Shown here piece by piece: positions 31,468 through 42,842 of a stretch of DNA of 64,000 nucleotides (position 1 is its first letter; each line of letters begins with the position of its first letter). The notes beneath the pieces are model-generated. The model had not been told where the DNA came from. It saw nothing but the letters and a program-made list of their open reading frames with translations, and searched no databases. Source of the stretch: Porphyridium purpureum (Eukaryota); assembly GCA_008690995.1 (NCBI GenBank), contig VRMN01000011.1, forward strand, positions 372,001 to 436,000, in the 5' to 3' direction. Position numbers and translations under genes: made by a program.

Positions 31468-32601
31468 TTACTTGAGCGCCATCAGTTTTTCAAGTACCAT
31501 GTCATCTGTCGAGAAATCATTCTTCAGCTTGCCCGCTTTTTGCTTGTGGACGAAGTCGTTTGAGTACGAGTCCTTCAGTCCCGCCTGAATATTGTACTCA
31601 ACGGTCCAGTCGAGGTCGCTCAGCGCGTTTCGCGGACTGGTGAAAAAGTGCACGGGGCGACATGGGAAAGCCTTCTTTTTGCCAAAGTCGAACTCCTTCG
31701 GGTTGTAGTGCACGATTTCGACTGCATCCGGATCTAAGCCCATAGCCGTTGCACATGCCTTCACCATGCCGTCGAATGTGATGGCTTGCTCGTCTTGAAT
31801 GTTGTAGACTTTGCCGATCGCTTTGGGATTGCCCAGGCACGCGCTCATGGCCTTTGCCAGATCCATTACGTGCCCCAGGCCAGTCAAGTGTTGTCCGTGG
31901 CCTGGAACCGGAACCGGGCGCCCCGCCGCAAGACGTTCAAAGAACCACTGCTCCAGTGGGTTGTAATTGAGCGCACCATAAATATACGTCGGTCGGATGG
32001 CCGTGTAAGGCATGCCGGACTGTTTGAGGAACGTTTCCGTGTCGAGCTTGCCTTTGTGTCGGCTTTTCAAGTCCACGGCGTCCGTTTCCAAGTGCGGCAT
32101 GATATCAGACTTAGCATACACTCCTGCGGACGACATGTAAATGTACTGCTCAATTTTGCCGTTGAATAGGTCAATCAACGGTTTCGAATCCGCCAACTCG
32201 CGCCCGTTATTGTCGAAAATTGCGTCGAAAGTCTCTCCCTTCAAGAGCTCGGTCATCTGCGCCGCGTCCGTACGATCGCCCACAATCACCGACGTGTTCT
32301 TGTTGCGCGCTTCGAACTGCGCTTGCGTCTCGCCCGGTACCATCAACGACTTGTCACCTACGGGCTTACTCCCCCGATTAAACAGCACCACTTCATGCCC
32401 GGCGTCCGCCAACACCTTGGTCAGATACAAACCACTGAACCTCGTTCCGCCAATCACCAGCACGCGTTTCTTATCTCCTGCAGCCATCATCACAACCTGT
32501 GGTCGACGCTGCGTGCTGATCCCTCGCGCAGGTGCTCTTCCCGCAGGACTCGTAACGCGTGGGGCATGGCCACCAACAGACCCAACAAACGCCGCCACCA
32601 T
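31468..32601 (-). CDS. CSP41B: Chloroplast stem-loop binding protein 41b (NAD-dependent epimerase/dehydratase fold)
   Basis: GGTRFSG, DNNGRE, SSAGVY, SRHKGKL, RPTYIYGALNYNPLEQWFF and YNPKEFDFGKKKAFP; transit peptide. Confidence 0.9.
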   Translation of the reverse strand: MVAAFVGSVGGHAPRVTSPAGRAPARGISTQRRPQVVMMAAGDKKRVLVIGGTRFSGLYLTKVLADAGHEVVLFNRGSKPVGDKSLMVPGETQAQFEARNKNTSVIVGDRTDAAQMTELLKGETFDAIFDNNGRELADSKPLIDLFNGKIEQYIYMSSAGVYAKSDIMPHLETDAVDLKSRHKGKLDTETFLKQSGMPYTAIRPTYIYGALNYNPLEQWFFERLAAGRPVPVPGHGQHLTGLGHVMDLAKAMSACLGNPKAIGKVYNIQDEQAITFDGMVKACATAMGLDPDAVEIVHYNPKEFDFGKKKAFPCRPVHFFTSPRNALSDLDWTVEYNIQAGLKDSYSNDFVHKQKAGKLKNDFSTDDMVLEKLMALK

Positions 32602-33420
32602 CTTCGCACCACCCCGGTCTAGTCTGCCGCTTCGGCTCAACGCTCAGCTTTCCTGAATCCTTCACACCTCTTGCCACCACAACATCTACTCTCTCTCTCT
32701 CTCTCTGTGGGTCTCTTCTCTTCTCTTCGCTTCTCTCTACGCCTCAAACCTCGAGCTCAGCAACCGGAAAAATCTCATTCCGACTGCATCAACAGCTGTC
32801 ATCTTCAAAACTTGAGCAATGACACATGTCATCTTTGTGCCTGATCACAGCCCTGAAAGATGTCCTTTGCATCTTTAGAGTATTATAATCATGACAAGTC
32901 ATTTTTAAGACGTTCAAAGATGCAAAAGACAATTTTAAAGATGCCAAAACTATTTAAAGATGTTGTCATCATTCAGTTTCGGTGTCGGTTTTGGTTTCCG
33001 TTCTCTGCGGGTCCATTGTGTTGGCTGTTGAACGGGAGCAGCTGGGTGGAAGTGGATGGAATGGAGGTGGTCGTGGATTCTCAAATACAGGCCACGGAAT
33101 GGGTTCTGTGGAGACTTGAAGATGAAAGCGACGCGCCTCTGCTTGCTTGAATGCGGCTGTGGTCTCGATCATGGTCTTTGGAACTTGTGATTCGGCGACG
33201 AGCTTCTGTATTCGTGCTTCGTGCGCGTGTCTCGAAAGAACAGGAAGACAGGGCAGACAGAGGGTATCATTCTTCATAATATTCAATAAAGTATCTCAGC
33301 GTGTATTACTCTAACGACTCTGTGCGCTGCTCATGGGCGAGTGAAAAGGAAAAATGCTGGACGGGCCCGGTGGACCTGTCTGCCAATGTGACTCGGTGCC
33401 GAGACAAGCTCTGAGATCTT

Positions 33421-34344
33421 TCAATATTCCGAACTGAAAACGCTCTCTGAACTGGTTTCCATTCCATGGTGAGGTCTTTTGCGTCCCCTGCGAGTTTCGC
33501 GAATGTCCTTGTCGAGAACCAATGCTCGTTCAGGGCAAATAAACGCGACGAGCGGCTTCCAGAAGCGCATGCGAATATTTATGAACCAATTCGCCACCTG
33601 TGTTTCGCTCAGTCCCGTCTGCCGGGCGAGACTTTTCTTTTCGGCTTTGGTCGGGTACGGCTTCAGAATGTGATCGAACAGCCACAGCCGAAGCTTATTC
33701 GAGCTATGGAGGTCAATGTTGCTCTTGGTGCTTCGGAAGAGCAGCTGATGGACATTTGAAGCCCTCATCTTCATGGCGTGCGAAATATACAGGCGAATGA
33801 GCGTTTGTCGAGCACGCAAGAATGCCTTGACGACTTCGCCCTCGCGTTCGCGAGCCTCCAGCTCGGGAACGAGCCGAAATTTGCTCTGCAGCTCAAGTTC
33901 ATGTGAAACGATTGAGGTATATATCTCGCAGCGCTGGCGAAGCGCGTGAAGCTTTTCTAGTAGCTCCTGTAAGCGCGGATCGTCCGACACGTCAAAGAGC
34001 GTCGCATGAGCCAGCTCTTCTGCGCTGGCGTCCGACCCACTCGCTGGTGCTCGCGTTCTTTTCCCATGCAGCTTTTGTTTGACTAGAAGTTGAACATCCT
34101 CATCTGTGGCAGGATACTCAAGTCGCCGCACATCATCTTGAATGGCGTACGGGAACGCACGAGACTCAATGCTCCCGCGAACAAGAGAGAGCACGTCCGG
34201 CCTGCGTGCGACGCGCTCTTCAAATCTATCGATACTTTCACGTGGCGGCAAGACCACGACACGCAACGGAAGCCTTCGTTGCTCGTGAGGAATTCTCCCG
34301 TGGCACGAACCACTCGTGCTGCTGGCCGACTGCGCCACCGCCAT
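33421..34344 (-). CDS. TALE-class homeodomain transcription factor A (PBX/BELL-like); start uncertain
   Basis: [47 protein letters not shown], with the PYP loop and WFIN. Confidence 0.9.
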   Translation of the reverse strand: MAVAQSASSTSGSCHGRIPHEQRRLPLRVVVLPPRESIDRFEERVARRPDVLSLVRGSIESRAFPYAIQDDVRRLEYPATDEDVQLLVKQKLHGKRTRAPASGSDASAEELAHATLFDVSDDPRLQELLEKLHALRQRCEIYTSIVSHELELQSKFRLVPELEAREREGEVVKAFLRARQTLIRLYISHAMKMRASNVHQLLFRSTKSNIDLHSSNKLRLWLFDHILKPYPTKAEKKSLARQTGLSETQVANWFINIRMRFWKPLVAFICPERALVLDKDIRETRRGRKRPHHGMETSSESVFSSEY

Positions 34345-35064
34345 TTTCGAATCCCTCTTTGTTGGGCTGCGGGTTCGTGCACAGAGTTGGGAGCCACGGT
34401 GGTACAACACGACAACCTCAAGACTCAGCTCCGCAACCTTGTGCTCCTTTCCAAGACCGGCACAATCCTGCCCCATCTGCGGACGCGGCCTTGCGACCTG
34501 AATAAATACCTCCAATCCACCGAGCAGTCTTCAATCAGATTCGGGAATAAAACCAACAGCGGCCAAGTTGTCACCCATCACTCTATCCCATTGAATTCAG
34601 TGGCGCTTATGATGCGGTCCAACCTACTCCGTGGATCGATAGGGGAAACGGCGTTGCGTTTCCAAACCATGCGTCGCCTGTTCCAGTGAGTGCTTCCGGC
34701 GTGTCGACACGAAAACACATGGAGTCTTCTTCTCTGGAATCATGATCCAACCTTCGTCCAAAACCATTGATGTGAGTATTTAAGTAGAAGAAGAATGACG
34801 GAAGCAGAGACAGATGCCGTCTCTCGGTACATACGTGTGTGACGCTCTGGATAAGAGCACCTTCTGTGTTCTGCTATTCACCTGCAGTGATGTCGTGGAC
34901 CAAATGGTGCGATAAATTCGGGCATCCACGACAGAGGGCGCCCTAAATTCATACAAAAGCCAACGAGAAAGGTCCGAGCTCAACACGCATGGCTCACAAA
35001 TGAATTTGGACAGACATTCGCGAGCACGAAACAGACCATGCTTCTCATATTTGACACCTACATA

Positions 35065-35943
35065 TTAAGAAGAGTCCTCCGAAGGGCTCAGGTCATGTTC
35101 ATTAAATGAAATATCCTCAGGCAGAGCAGCGTCTGCGCCACATATGCACTCTGTCAGCTGCCTCCAACCGCGTGAACGGCGGTTCATGCACCAATCTTTG
35201 ATTTGTTTCTCTTTCAGGTTTGTGGCCGTGCACAAGCGCTCAAGCTCAACTTCATCGGGGTAAGGCTTGGTGATGTGCTCAAAGAACCACGTGCTCAGCA
35301 CCCGATGCGTTTCCTCTGAGAATTGGTTCTCCGAGCGGCGTTTCGGATGAAAATCAAATTGTCGGTGAAAGAACTCTTTATGCCATTTGGCCAGCTGCAT
35401 GATGCGCACTCGCTCAGCACGGCAAATGGCTGTGATCCTGTTGTGCCAGAACATCACTTCTACCTTTGACACAGGCCGGAACTCGCGCTGCGCGCAGATT
35501 TCATGCTGTACCTTTTTCATCCACTTGCCATGGACTTCTCTCAGGCGCTGCAGGACGTTTCGGATCTGTTGGAAAACCGCTCGCTCGCTGTAACCTTCCT
35601 CGACAGTGGCGTCGTCCTCGGGCAGACTCCTGTGATCGGCATCATCTGCCGGATACTCGAGCTTCGACAGGGGCACTGTATATTCTCCCCTCTCTTTTCG
35701 TCGCTCTGTTTCATCAGCAAGAAGTGTCCGGGCCTTTCTCAGGAGATTTGACCTCTGTCTGACAGATGCCTCAACGTCTTCAAGCTCCGCTCGGCTCGGG
35801 GGACCATCCAAATCGTCCAAAACAGGATCAATCCAGCCATCATCCAGTGCAGTCTGATCCTTCAGCTCATCACCCTCGTCAAAATAAGTATGCAGAAGCG
35901 GTTGTGGCGGCACTATCGAGAGGAACATGTGTTCCTGGTCCAT
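35065..35943 (-). CDS. TALE-class homeodomain transcription factor B (diverged paralogue)
   Basis: LSTWFFEHITKPYPDEVELERLCTATNLKEKQIKDWCMNRRSRGW. Confidence 0.88.
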   Translation of the reverse strand: MDQEHMFLSIVPPQPLLHTYFDEGDELKDQTALDDGWIDPVLDDLDGPPSRAELEDVEASVRQRSNLLRKARTLLADETERRKERGEYTVPLSKLEYPADDADHRSLPEDDATVEEGYSERAVFQQIRNVLQRLREVHGKWMKKVQHEICAQREFRPVSKVEVMFWHNRITAICRAERVRIMQLAKWHKEFFHRQFDFHPKRRSENQFSEETHRVLSTWFFEHITKPYPDEVELERLCTATNLKEKQIKDWCMNRRSRGWRQLTECICGADAALPEDISFNEHDLSPSEDSS

Positions 35944-36239
35944 TCTTCCCGCAAGCCGGTGTAGCAATGTGCGAATCGCCCAAGCGCCAGACGCAAATCC
36001 CGCCAGTGCGAGCCCGGCACAACTTGCGGACTCATTTTATACTACCCGCACGCCACGCGGCAGCACGCGCGGTGCGCCAGTCCGTCCTCATCCAACATCT
36101 CGCCCCACCGTCAGCGCGCATCATGCGCGTTTCGACCCTTTCGATTTCGACCTGTGGCTTACCCCGCTACGAAAGGGCACGCCATTCAACATTTGAAGCA
36201 CTGGCGAGCGAACGGCAGACCGCTTGCCGGACGGCTGCC

Positions 36240-36839
36240 ATGGCAGGCGAAGAGTCGAGCGCGTCGGTCAAAGTACGTGGCGGCGAATGGCCCAGTCACG
36301 TCGTGTTTTCTTCGGACTATGTGTGGAATGCGTGTGTACGCGAAAGCGACCTATTCGCGAAATACAAGGTGACGAAACGAGTGCGTCTTCGCGGCGCTTG
36401 CAACAAAGTCCGAGTGACAAAGATTGAAGAGCAAACGCACCCGGCGTGCGGGCAGTTTGGATTATGCGCGGCTGCCAAGCTGACACCGGGCGAGCATGTG
36501 ATCGATTACGTTGGTCTAGTGACTCTTTCTGGAAACGAAGACAAAACGTCAGACTACACTGTCGAGTTTGGTGAGCTCAGCGAGTTGTGCGTCGATAGTA
36601 ACCGCATTGGCAATGAAGCTCGCTTCTGCAATGATTTCCGAAACACTGGGAGGAAACCGAATGTCGAGTTCAGACTCTACGTGGACGAGGCAGGGGATGC
36701 ACGGCTCGGCATTTTCGTATTGGGCAGTCTTAAGAAACCTCTGCCGAAGGGTACGGAACTGCTCATTAGCTATGGGAAGGGCTATTGGACCGCGCGCCTA
36801 GGGAGCCTGGATTTCGTCGAAAAGCACCCTGAGCATTGA
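36240..36839 (+). CDS. Small SET-domain lysine methyltransferase
   Basis: GQFGLCA, IDYVG, IGNEARFCNDFR and ELLISYGKGYW. Confidence 0.88.
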   Translation: MAGEESSASVKVRGGEWPSHVVFSSDYVWNACVRESDLFAKYKVTKRVRLRGACNKVRVTKIEEQTHPACGQFGLCAAAKLTPGEHVIDYVGLVTLSGNEDKTSDYTVEFGELSELCVDSNRIGNEARFCNDFRNTGRKPNVEFRLYVDEAGDARLGIFVLGSLKKPLPKGTELLISYGKGYWTARLGSLDFVEKHPEH

Positions 36840-36873
36840 GCGCAAGAAAAGGATACTCGATTCCTCATGTATG

Positions 36874-37016
36874 TCACGACTTGTGTTGGATGCCGTACAG
36901 TTCATACACAAACTTGCGAGCCAGCTGGTAACCTTCTGCATACCCAATAGCGTAAGCAATATCTTCGTCACTGCGGACGTTTGTCAGGGGATCTGTAGCT
37001 TTAGCTGTAGCTGTAG

Positions 37017-37049
<33 letters not shown>

Positions 37050-38964
37050 ACGTGCGCTCGAGTGATTCAGAGCACATTGCAGTCTCAGGCGCGTCGTGCA
37101 CAGGCACGACAGAACCAGACGCCGGAGGCACGGCGGCGCCGATATTTAGAACGCGTGCAAACTCAGGGTCGTGGAGGATGGTTTCAGAAGAGCACGTAAA
37201 GTCAAGGTCATGCAGTGCGAAACCGAGGATGCGCTCCAAGCCCCGCACAAAGTGCGCGTCTGCTGCGCACGTCGGGTCATAAATGAGCACGGACTGCCCC
37301 TCCGACCCGAACCGACCTGCTCGGCCGACGCGGTGCATGTATGTCTCAACATCTGGTGGCAAGTCAGCATGCACTACAAGGCGACAGTCCACAAAGTCCG
37401 CACCACGCGCAAGCAAGTCGGACGCAACAAGAAAGCGCAGCGTACCTGCGGCAAACTCGTTGAAAACCGTGACTCGCTGATCAAAGGTGACGTCACCCCG
37501 GGTAAATCCCACACGCTCGGCGAGCGTTTCGCTCAAGAAATCAGCTAGACGCCTTGCGAGCCGAGCGCGATTGCAGAAAATAAGACATTGCCCACCCGGT
37601 GCCAAGCGATCCGCCGTGAAGCTGATCCTGCTGGCCCTCTCATCACCGTCTCGAGTTTTGCATCGGGCCAGGCCGAGCAGTACAAGCAGCACTGCGTCTT
37701 CGATGGCGCCTGAATCAGATGCGCCTTCCACCTGTAGTGCAGCATGCATGATGGGCGTCGTGTCCGAGAGAGGTCCTGTGTTCTCCTGCTGCGATTGCAA
37801 GATTCCGGCCTGGTGTCGTAGTGACGTGTCGGTCATCTCCAGGAAGAGCGGTTCGCGCATCCACTTCCGCAAGTGAACCAAATCTTGCGGAAGCAGCGTG
37901 GCCGAGAACGCAATTTTTTGAATGGGCTGTGTGCCGATGCACAGGCGAAGGAGCGTCTCGACGTCTGTTCGCATGTTCTTCTCAAAGAGTTTGTCTGCTT
38001 CATCCAGGATAAGCAGTTTGAGACGTGCGAAAGAAAGCGAAGGACGCTGCACTGGACGAGGCCGACCATCTGGCCTCCCTTTCCGACTCTGTGAAAGTAC
38101 ATCATTATTTGCATGGAGCGCAGCCGCCAGGCGACCGGGAGTTCCTACCACAAGTAGAGCCGAGCTTGCAGCGTGCGATTCGGTCAGCTCGCTACCAATC
38201 TGCAGTCCTCCAATAAAGCATGCCACAGCTACCGACACGTCTGGAAGTTGCTTGCACAACTCGCGTGCGAGCGAGTACGTCTGGATAGCGAGTTCGCGGC
38301 CTGGGCACAGAATCAGGGCAGTTGGGACCGCGACCTGCCCAGTTGTTGTCATGGCGTCGCCTTGCACGACGTGGCGCTCACCAAGCGCATGCTGTAGCGC
38401 AAGTAGAACAAACGCGAGCGTCTTCCCGCTGCCCGTGGGCGCACGCACGATCACATCTCCTCCTTGCTGGGCTACGCGAATAAAGTGCTTCTGCACATTC
38501 GCAATCGCGGAGTAACCCAGCTGAATGGTGGCCTGCAGAAGGTCGGGTCGTAGGTTCATTCCGCTGATCGGCTCAATGCTTTGATACGACGCCAGTTCAT
38601 GCGACTGTGGTCCGATTTCGCTTTCACGCCCCACAGTGCGGTTGGCGTTCGAAATTCCACACCGTAACAGTTCCACACCAAGACCTTGCACGTAGCTTTC
38701 CAAGTCCGCATCCGCGCCGCCACTTCTCTCCCTCGCGCGTACGATCTCATCCAGCGTATACACACATCTCGCAGACGAGCCTCCAGTCACTGCTGCTTCG
38801 AAGCGAAGATCGTGCGAGACTTTTCCATGGAGCTCGTCACCCGGCGTGTCGCATTCATGCCCCCACTTCTCTCTGTCTTCATACGCGCATCTGACAGAGC
38901 GCACGTATTCCTGCGCGAATGCGACGTCAGCTTCCAGCTCTAAGCGCCATGCTTCTCCACTCAT
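36874..38964 (-). CDS. DEAD-box RNA helicase (DDX20/eIF4A-like)
   Basis: APTGSGKT, PGRELA, TPGRL, DEAD, SAT, ARGAD and HRVGRAGRFG. Confidence 0.92.
36995..37049 (-). repeat. Hexamer repeat encoding (Ala-Thr)n in the helicase C-terminus
   Basis: gctgta/gctgtc units on the + strand; protein SATATATATATATATAKAT. Confidence 0.85.
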
Positions 38965-39127
38965 CTGCTCTGTAAGACTTGCTCCACCCAGTCACTGCAA
39001 CTCGGTCTTGTCGCGTTTGAGAGGTGTGTCACTGGCTGGGACGAAGGAGCAAGGACGTGTCTGGCGTAGGCGACGGAGGAGCACGAGATTGGGGGGAGGG
39101 CGTGAGGGACAGAGTAGGAGAGGGAGG

Positions 39128-39508
39128 ATGGCGGCGTCATCTTCGAACAAGAATCCGGATACAAACCGATGGATCAAGAAGTTTGAGAATGATGGCGTGG
39201 AGGTGAAGGACAAGTCGGCAGTGGTGAAATCGCAGGCCGACACATACGGGCGCATCGTGCAGGACCAGTCCGCACGTGACGCGCTGAACAAGCAGTTTGC
39301 AAAAGAGGTCGAGCCGTCCGTCGAGGAAATCGTTCAGACCATTGCGGTAATGCGCGTGGTGGATACGAGCGATGTCGCCGTGCTGCAAGGGATTTTGGAT
39401 GAGAAGCTGAAGGAAAAGGAGCGCATTATGGCGGAAGCCGGTGCGCTCGCTCTAAAGCTGGATCAAGCCATCCTGGCTCTGGAAGCATCGCTTCAAGCTG
39501 CAAATTAG
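39128..39508 (+). CDS. Small hypothetical coiled-coil protein
   Basis: 126-aa ORF after a purine-rich leader; helical heptad-like C-terminus; fills the gap between flanking genes. Confidence 0.65.
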   Translation: MAASSSNKNPDTNRWIKKFENDGVEVKDKSAVVKSQADTYGRIVQDQSARDALNKQFAKEVEPSVEEIVQTIAVMRVVDTSDVAVLQGILDEKLKEKERIMAEAGALALKLDQAILALEASLQAAN

Positions 39509-39606
39509 AACAAAGAATGTTTTATGTGAAACCAAATTCTGCTGGCTGTCCCGCATGGCATTCCTCGCTTCTCGCACCTGTCTGACTCATCCCTATCGAC
39601 TACAAG

Positions 39607-41217
39607 CTACGCGAGGTGGCGCAGTCTAAGAATATCGCTGCGCGTAATCATCCCCACCACACGCCCACTTTCTTCTTCGATCACAGGTAGCCGCCCCACC
39701 TGTTGCTCCACCATAATATTTTCAATTTCGTTCGCGGGCGTATCAATGCCCACGCTAATAACCTGAGTGCGATACGCGCCCTTCAGAGGGCGGTCGAGCG
39801 CTTCACTCTCGCCCATGGTCTCGAGGATAAACACGTCACCAGAGGTGACCACACCCAGAAGCTTGCCGTCATCGTCCACGATGGCGAGGCCGGAAATGTT
39901 GTGTGTGACCATGATCTCCTTTGCCTCCCGCAGGGTGGTGTCCTTTCCGCACGTCTTGACATCTGGGGACATGATGTCGCGTGCCACTTTAGGCTCGGGC
40001 AATTTCTCGATCACTTCGGCCATGATGACGTCTAGCAAGCCCAAAATCTCATCGCGCGAGCCGCGCAAGCTGACCGCGGCTGCTTTCGGGTGCCCGCCTC
40101 CCCCGAGCTTGGCGAACACGCTGTGAAAGTCCACGTTCTGTGTCCGAGCTCGCGCGCGCGCAATCACGGAACCTTGCAGTACGTCTCTGTTCTTTTTGTA
40201 CTTGTTGCACATACACAGCACCACGAGGTCGCAGCCAGACAGCTCGAGCAAGTCGGTCGTAACAGCCGACATGCCTTGCACAAATGCTTCTGCGTCGAGC
40301 ACAACTTTGCCAAGAGTTATACCTTTGACGACAATGCGCTCCAGTACGTCGAGCCCCGCAGCCAAATACTTGCGCTGCAGCGGTGTGAGAACTTGCATGA
40401 GAAATTCGCTAATCGTGCGCATGTCCGCACCTTGACCGAGCAGGTAGGCTAGCGCCTCTGCGTCGCGCGGAGTGGTGTTTTCGTACGTTAATGAGCCTGT
40501 GTCTGCGTGAATTGCGAGCGCCATGAGCGTAGCCTCGGAGTCAGTGAGTATGACGTTCGCATCTCGCAGCCGCTCCACAATCATCGTGGTGACGGCCCCG
40601 ACGTCTTCCAGCACTACCTCAAGCTTCGGATTCGAAACATTGCATTCAGCTGCATGGTGATCGTACACTGTGACTCCTCCTGGCGCCATTTCCAGCCATT
40701 CTTTAGCTGTATCTCCTACGCGCTCGGTTCGCTGCGTATCCACCACGCCGACCCAATGGATCCGTTCCTTCTTGATTGCCTTGAGTGGCGTGATTGGAAA
40801 CATCTGCTTGTGCAGAGCCAAAAATCTCTTCACCGACGGGTTTTCACCGCCTGGAAGCACTACTTTGGTTCCATTCCCGCGGAGCTTGGCCAGCCCGACC
40901 GCTGCTGCGAGCGTATCAAAATCTGCCGTAAGATGTGTCACCACGACATCAAGCGTTTTGTTCTTTCTGTTCGCCTCGGAAACCACACTTTCATCTTCGT
41001 CAGTGACGTCGACGTCCAAATCGCTTTCTGTGCCTTCGGTGTCCAAAACAGACGCGCGTATCGTGCAGGACGGCACGAGAATCGCCGGCACGCGAAGCCC
41101 TAGCCGGCGCTTTGCCACGAATCCCGACACGTGTGGTTGACACATCCCGTGTCTTCGTGCAGCAACTGTGAGATGCCTGTTTTGCGCAGGTGCCGTGAGC
41201 GACGCAAAAGCATCCAT
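39607..41217 (-). CDS. Plastid-targeted DHH/DHHA1 phosphoesterase with a CBS domain pair
   Basis: THLTADFD, VVDT, YDHH, IHADTG and GGGGHPKAAA, then two CBS repeats (ISGLAIVDDDGKLLGVVT; VGRLPVIE...VVGMITRSDIL). Confidence 0.88.
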   Translation of the reverse strand: MDAFASLTAPAQNRHLTVAARRHGMCQPHVSGFVAKRRLGLRVPAILVPSCTIRASVLDTEGTESDLDVDVTDEDESVVSEANRKNKTLDVVVTHLTADFDTLAAAVGLAKLRGNGTKVVLPGGENPSVKRFLALHKQMFPITPLKAIKKERIHWVGVVDTQRTERVGDTAKEWLEMAPGGVTVYDHHAAECNVSNPKLEVVLEDVGAVTTMIVERLRDANVILTDSEATLMALAIHADTGSLTYENTTPRDAEALAYLLGQGADMRTISEFLMQVLTPLQRKYLAAGLDVLERIVVKGITLGKVVLDAEAFVQGMSAVTTDLLELSGCDLVVLCMCNKYKKNRDVLQGSVIARARARTQNVDFHSVFAKLGGGGHPKAAAVSLRGSRDEILGLLDVIMAEVIEKLPEPKVARDIMSPDVKTCGKDTTLREAKEIMVTHNISGLAIVDDDGKLLGVVTSGDVFILETMGESEALDRPLKGAYRTQVISVGIDTPANEIENIMVEQQVGRLPVIEEESGRVVGMITRSDILRLRHLA

Positions 41218-41501
41218 GGTGCCGTGCAGCTGACGATTACTGCCGAGGTCTCTGGTGCTTTGCACGTTCTTTTACATGTGACCTCTCCGCAACGTGCGAG
41301 TTCATCGGTTTCTATTGACGTTCTGTGTGGATGAATCGTTAAACCGTTTGCACGCAACCTTGCGCGTGTATTTCGGACCGGCGAGTTGGACGTTTATTCC
41401 ACGGTTTCCCAGGCTCCGAGTTGCGGCTTCTTTCTTGCTCCGCGGAAGCAACGACAACAGCCGCCGCAACTTAAGACGTAAGCACAACTGGTACGTAATA
41501 T

Positions 41502-42500
41502 TTACCTCCACTTATTCTTCTTCTGCATGAAATCGTACACGCTGTTGTTGGTCTCCCTGGGCAAGTAGTATTGCTGCACGACCGAGGTCTGCGACGGATT
41601 CGACGGATTCGACGGCATCGACGCTGACTGGGATGGTTTTCGGCGATCTAACGTGTTATTCCAGTCACGAGGCTTGTCTAGAGGCGGGCTGTACGTGCCT
41701 GAACTGGCGCGGTACGCGTTCGAGGGCGACGATTTACGCACTGCGCTCTTGTACTTGTACGTGGGATCCTTTGGCGAAGATGAGGCAGGGGTCTGCGCCT
41801 TGACAGGAGCCTTCTCGCTTTCAGCCGACTGAGTCACAGAGTCAGAGCCTGCGGCAGCGCTCGTGCGCGTATCCGTGTCCTCCTTACTCGGCGAAAGAGT
41901 GTCTTTGGAACTCACCGATGCCTTCTCGGGAGTTGCATTCGTTGTTTGGGTGCCAGGAGTCGGCGGAGCTTGAATGTTCCACTGGAAGCCCCTTGGAGTC
42001 CAGGAGGGCGCAGCGCCAGCATCAGATGGAGACGCAATCGCCGGCACCGGGGATGCCGCGGACGCAGACGCTAGGGCGAACGCCGAAGTGCTGCGTGCCT
42101 CTGACTCTGCCTGCGCGTCCATTTTTTGTACAATCATCAAGCCCAAATACACCATACTCACTGTGAAGACCACGGCGCTCCAGAACGGCGAGTACACGCG
42201 TGCAAAGACCATGCGCAACGCTGCCTTGACGAATCCCACGACGGGGCGCACGCTTTCGCCAAAGGGCGAGTTGTGCACGGCGCCGGCGCCTGCAAATGCC
42301 AAGAGCACCAGTTTCCTGACATAAGACGGGTCGCGGGTGCTCATCCTGACCGTCCTCACGCGTAGCGCCGACAGGCGCACCTGCGAGGACGCCACAGACA
42401 CGGCCGCAGCGCCTGCGAACCGTCCGCATGACGCGTGGGCCGCGACCGTTCCACCATGCCCGAGGAACGACGAAGACCCAATAGTACCGACGTACGCCAT
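41502..42500 (-). CDS. Hypothetical plastid membrane protein with a Ser/Pro-rich tail
   Basis: MAYVGT.. transit-peptide-like N-terminus, hydrophobic segments and a low-complexity C-terminus. Confidence 0.6.
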   Translation of the reverse strand: MAYVGTIGSSSFLGHGGTVAAHASCGRFAGAAAVSVASSQVRLSALRVRTVRMSTRDPSYVRKLVLLAFAGAGAVHNSPFGESVRPVVGFVKAALRMVFARVYSPFWSAVVFTVSMVYLGLMIVQKMDAQAESEARSTSAFALASASAASPVPAIASPSDAGAAPSWTPRGFQWNIQAPPTPGTQTTNATPEKASVSSKDTLSPSKEDTDTRTSAAAGSDSVTQSAESEKAPVKAQTPASSSPKDPTYKYKSAVRKSSPSNAYRASSGTYSPPLDKPRDWNNTLDRRKPSQSASMPSNPSNPSQTSVVQQYYLPRETNNSVYDFMQKKNKWR

Positions 42501-42842
42501 CACGCGTAAAAAACCCCCCCGACTCTTCTTACTGTTTTCTCTGTCACAAGGCCAGACGAAGCTTCGGAAACGATGAACAACTCGCGCAGGACTTCCGTCC
42601 CCTCCCCTCTCGCCCCCGCTGCCTCTGTTTCTCCGACTTCGAGATAGAACGGAGGTGCCGCGGTGTACTTGAGGTACAGTCACTTCTGGTTATGTTTAAT
42701 CATTCTGGTCATTTATTAATATGCGTTAATTAATTCAGGTCCACAGTGGAAAGCGAGAGGGCGCCGGTGTGAGGAGTGGGAGAATGCGAGGCTCGGGTCT
42801 GAGATTGAGCGCGCACTTGACGGACATGAGCCAGTGGTGAGT

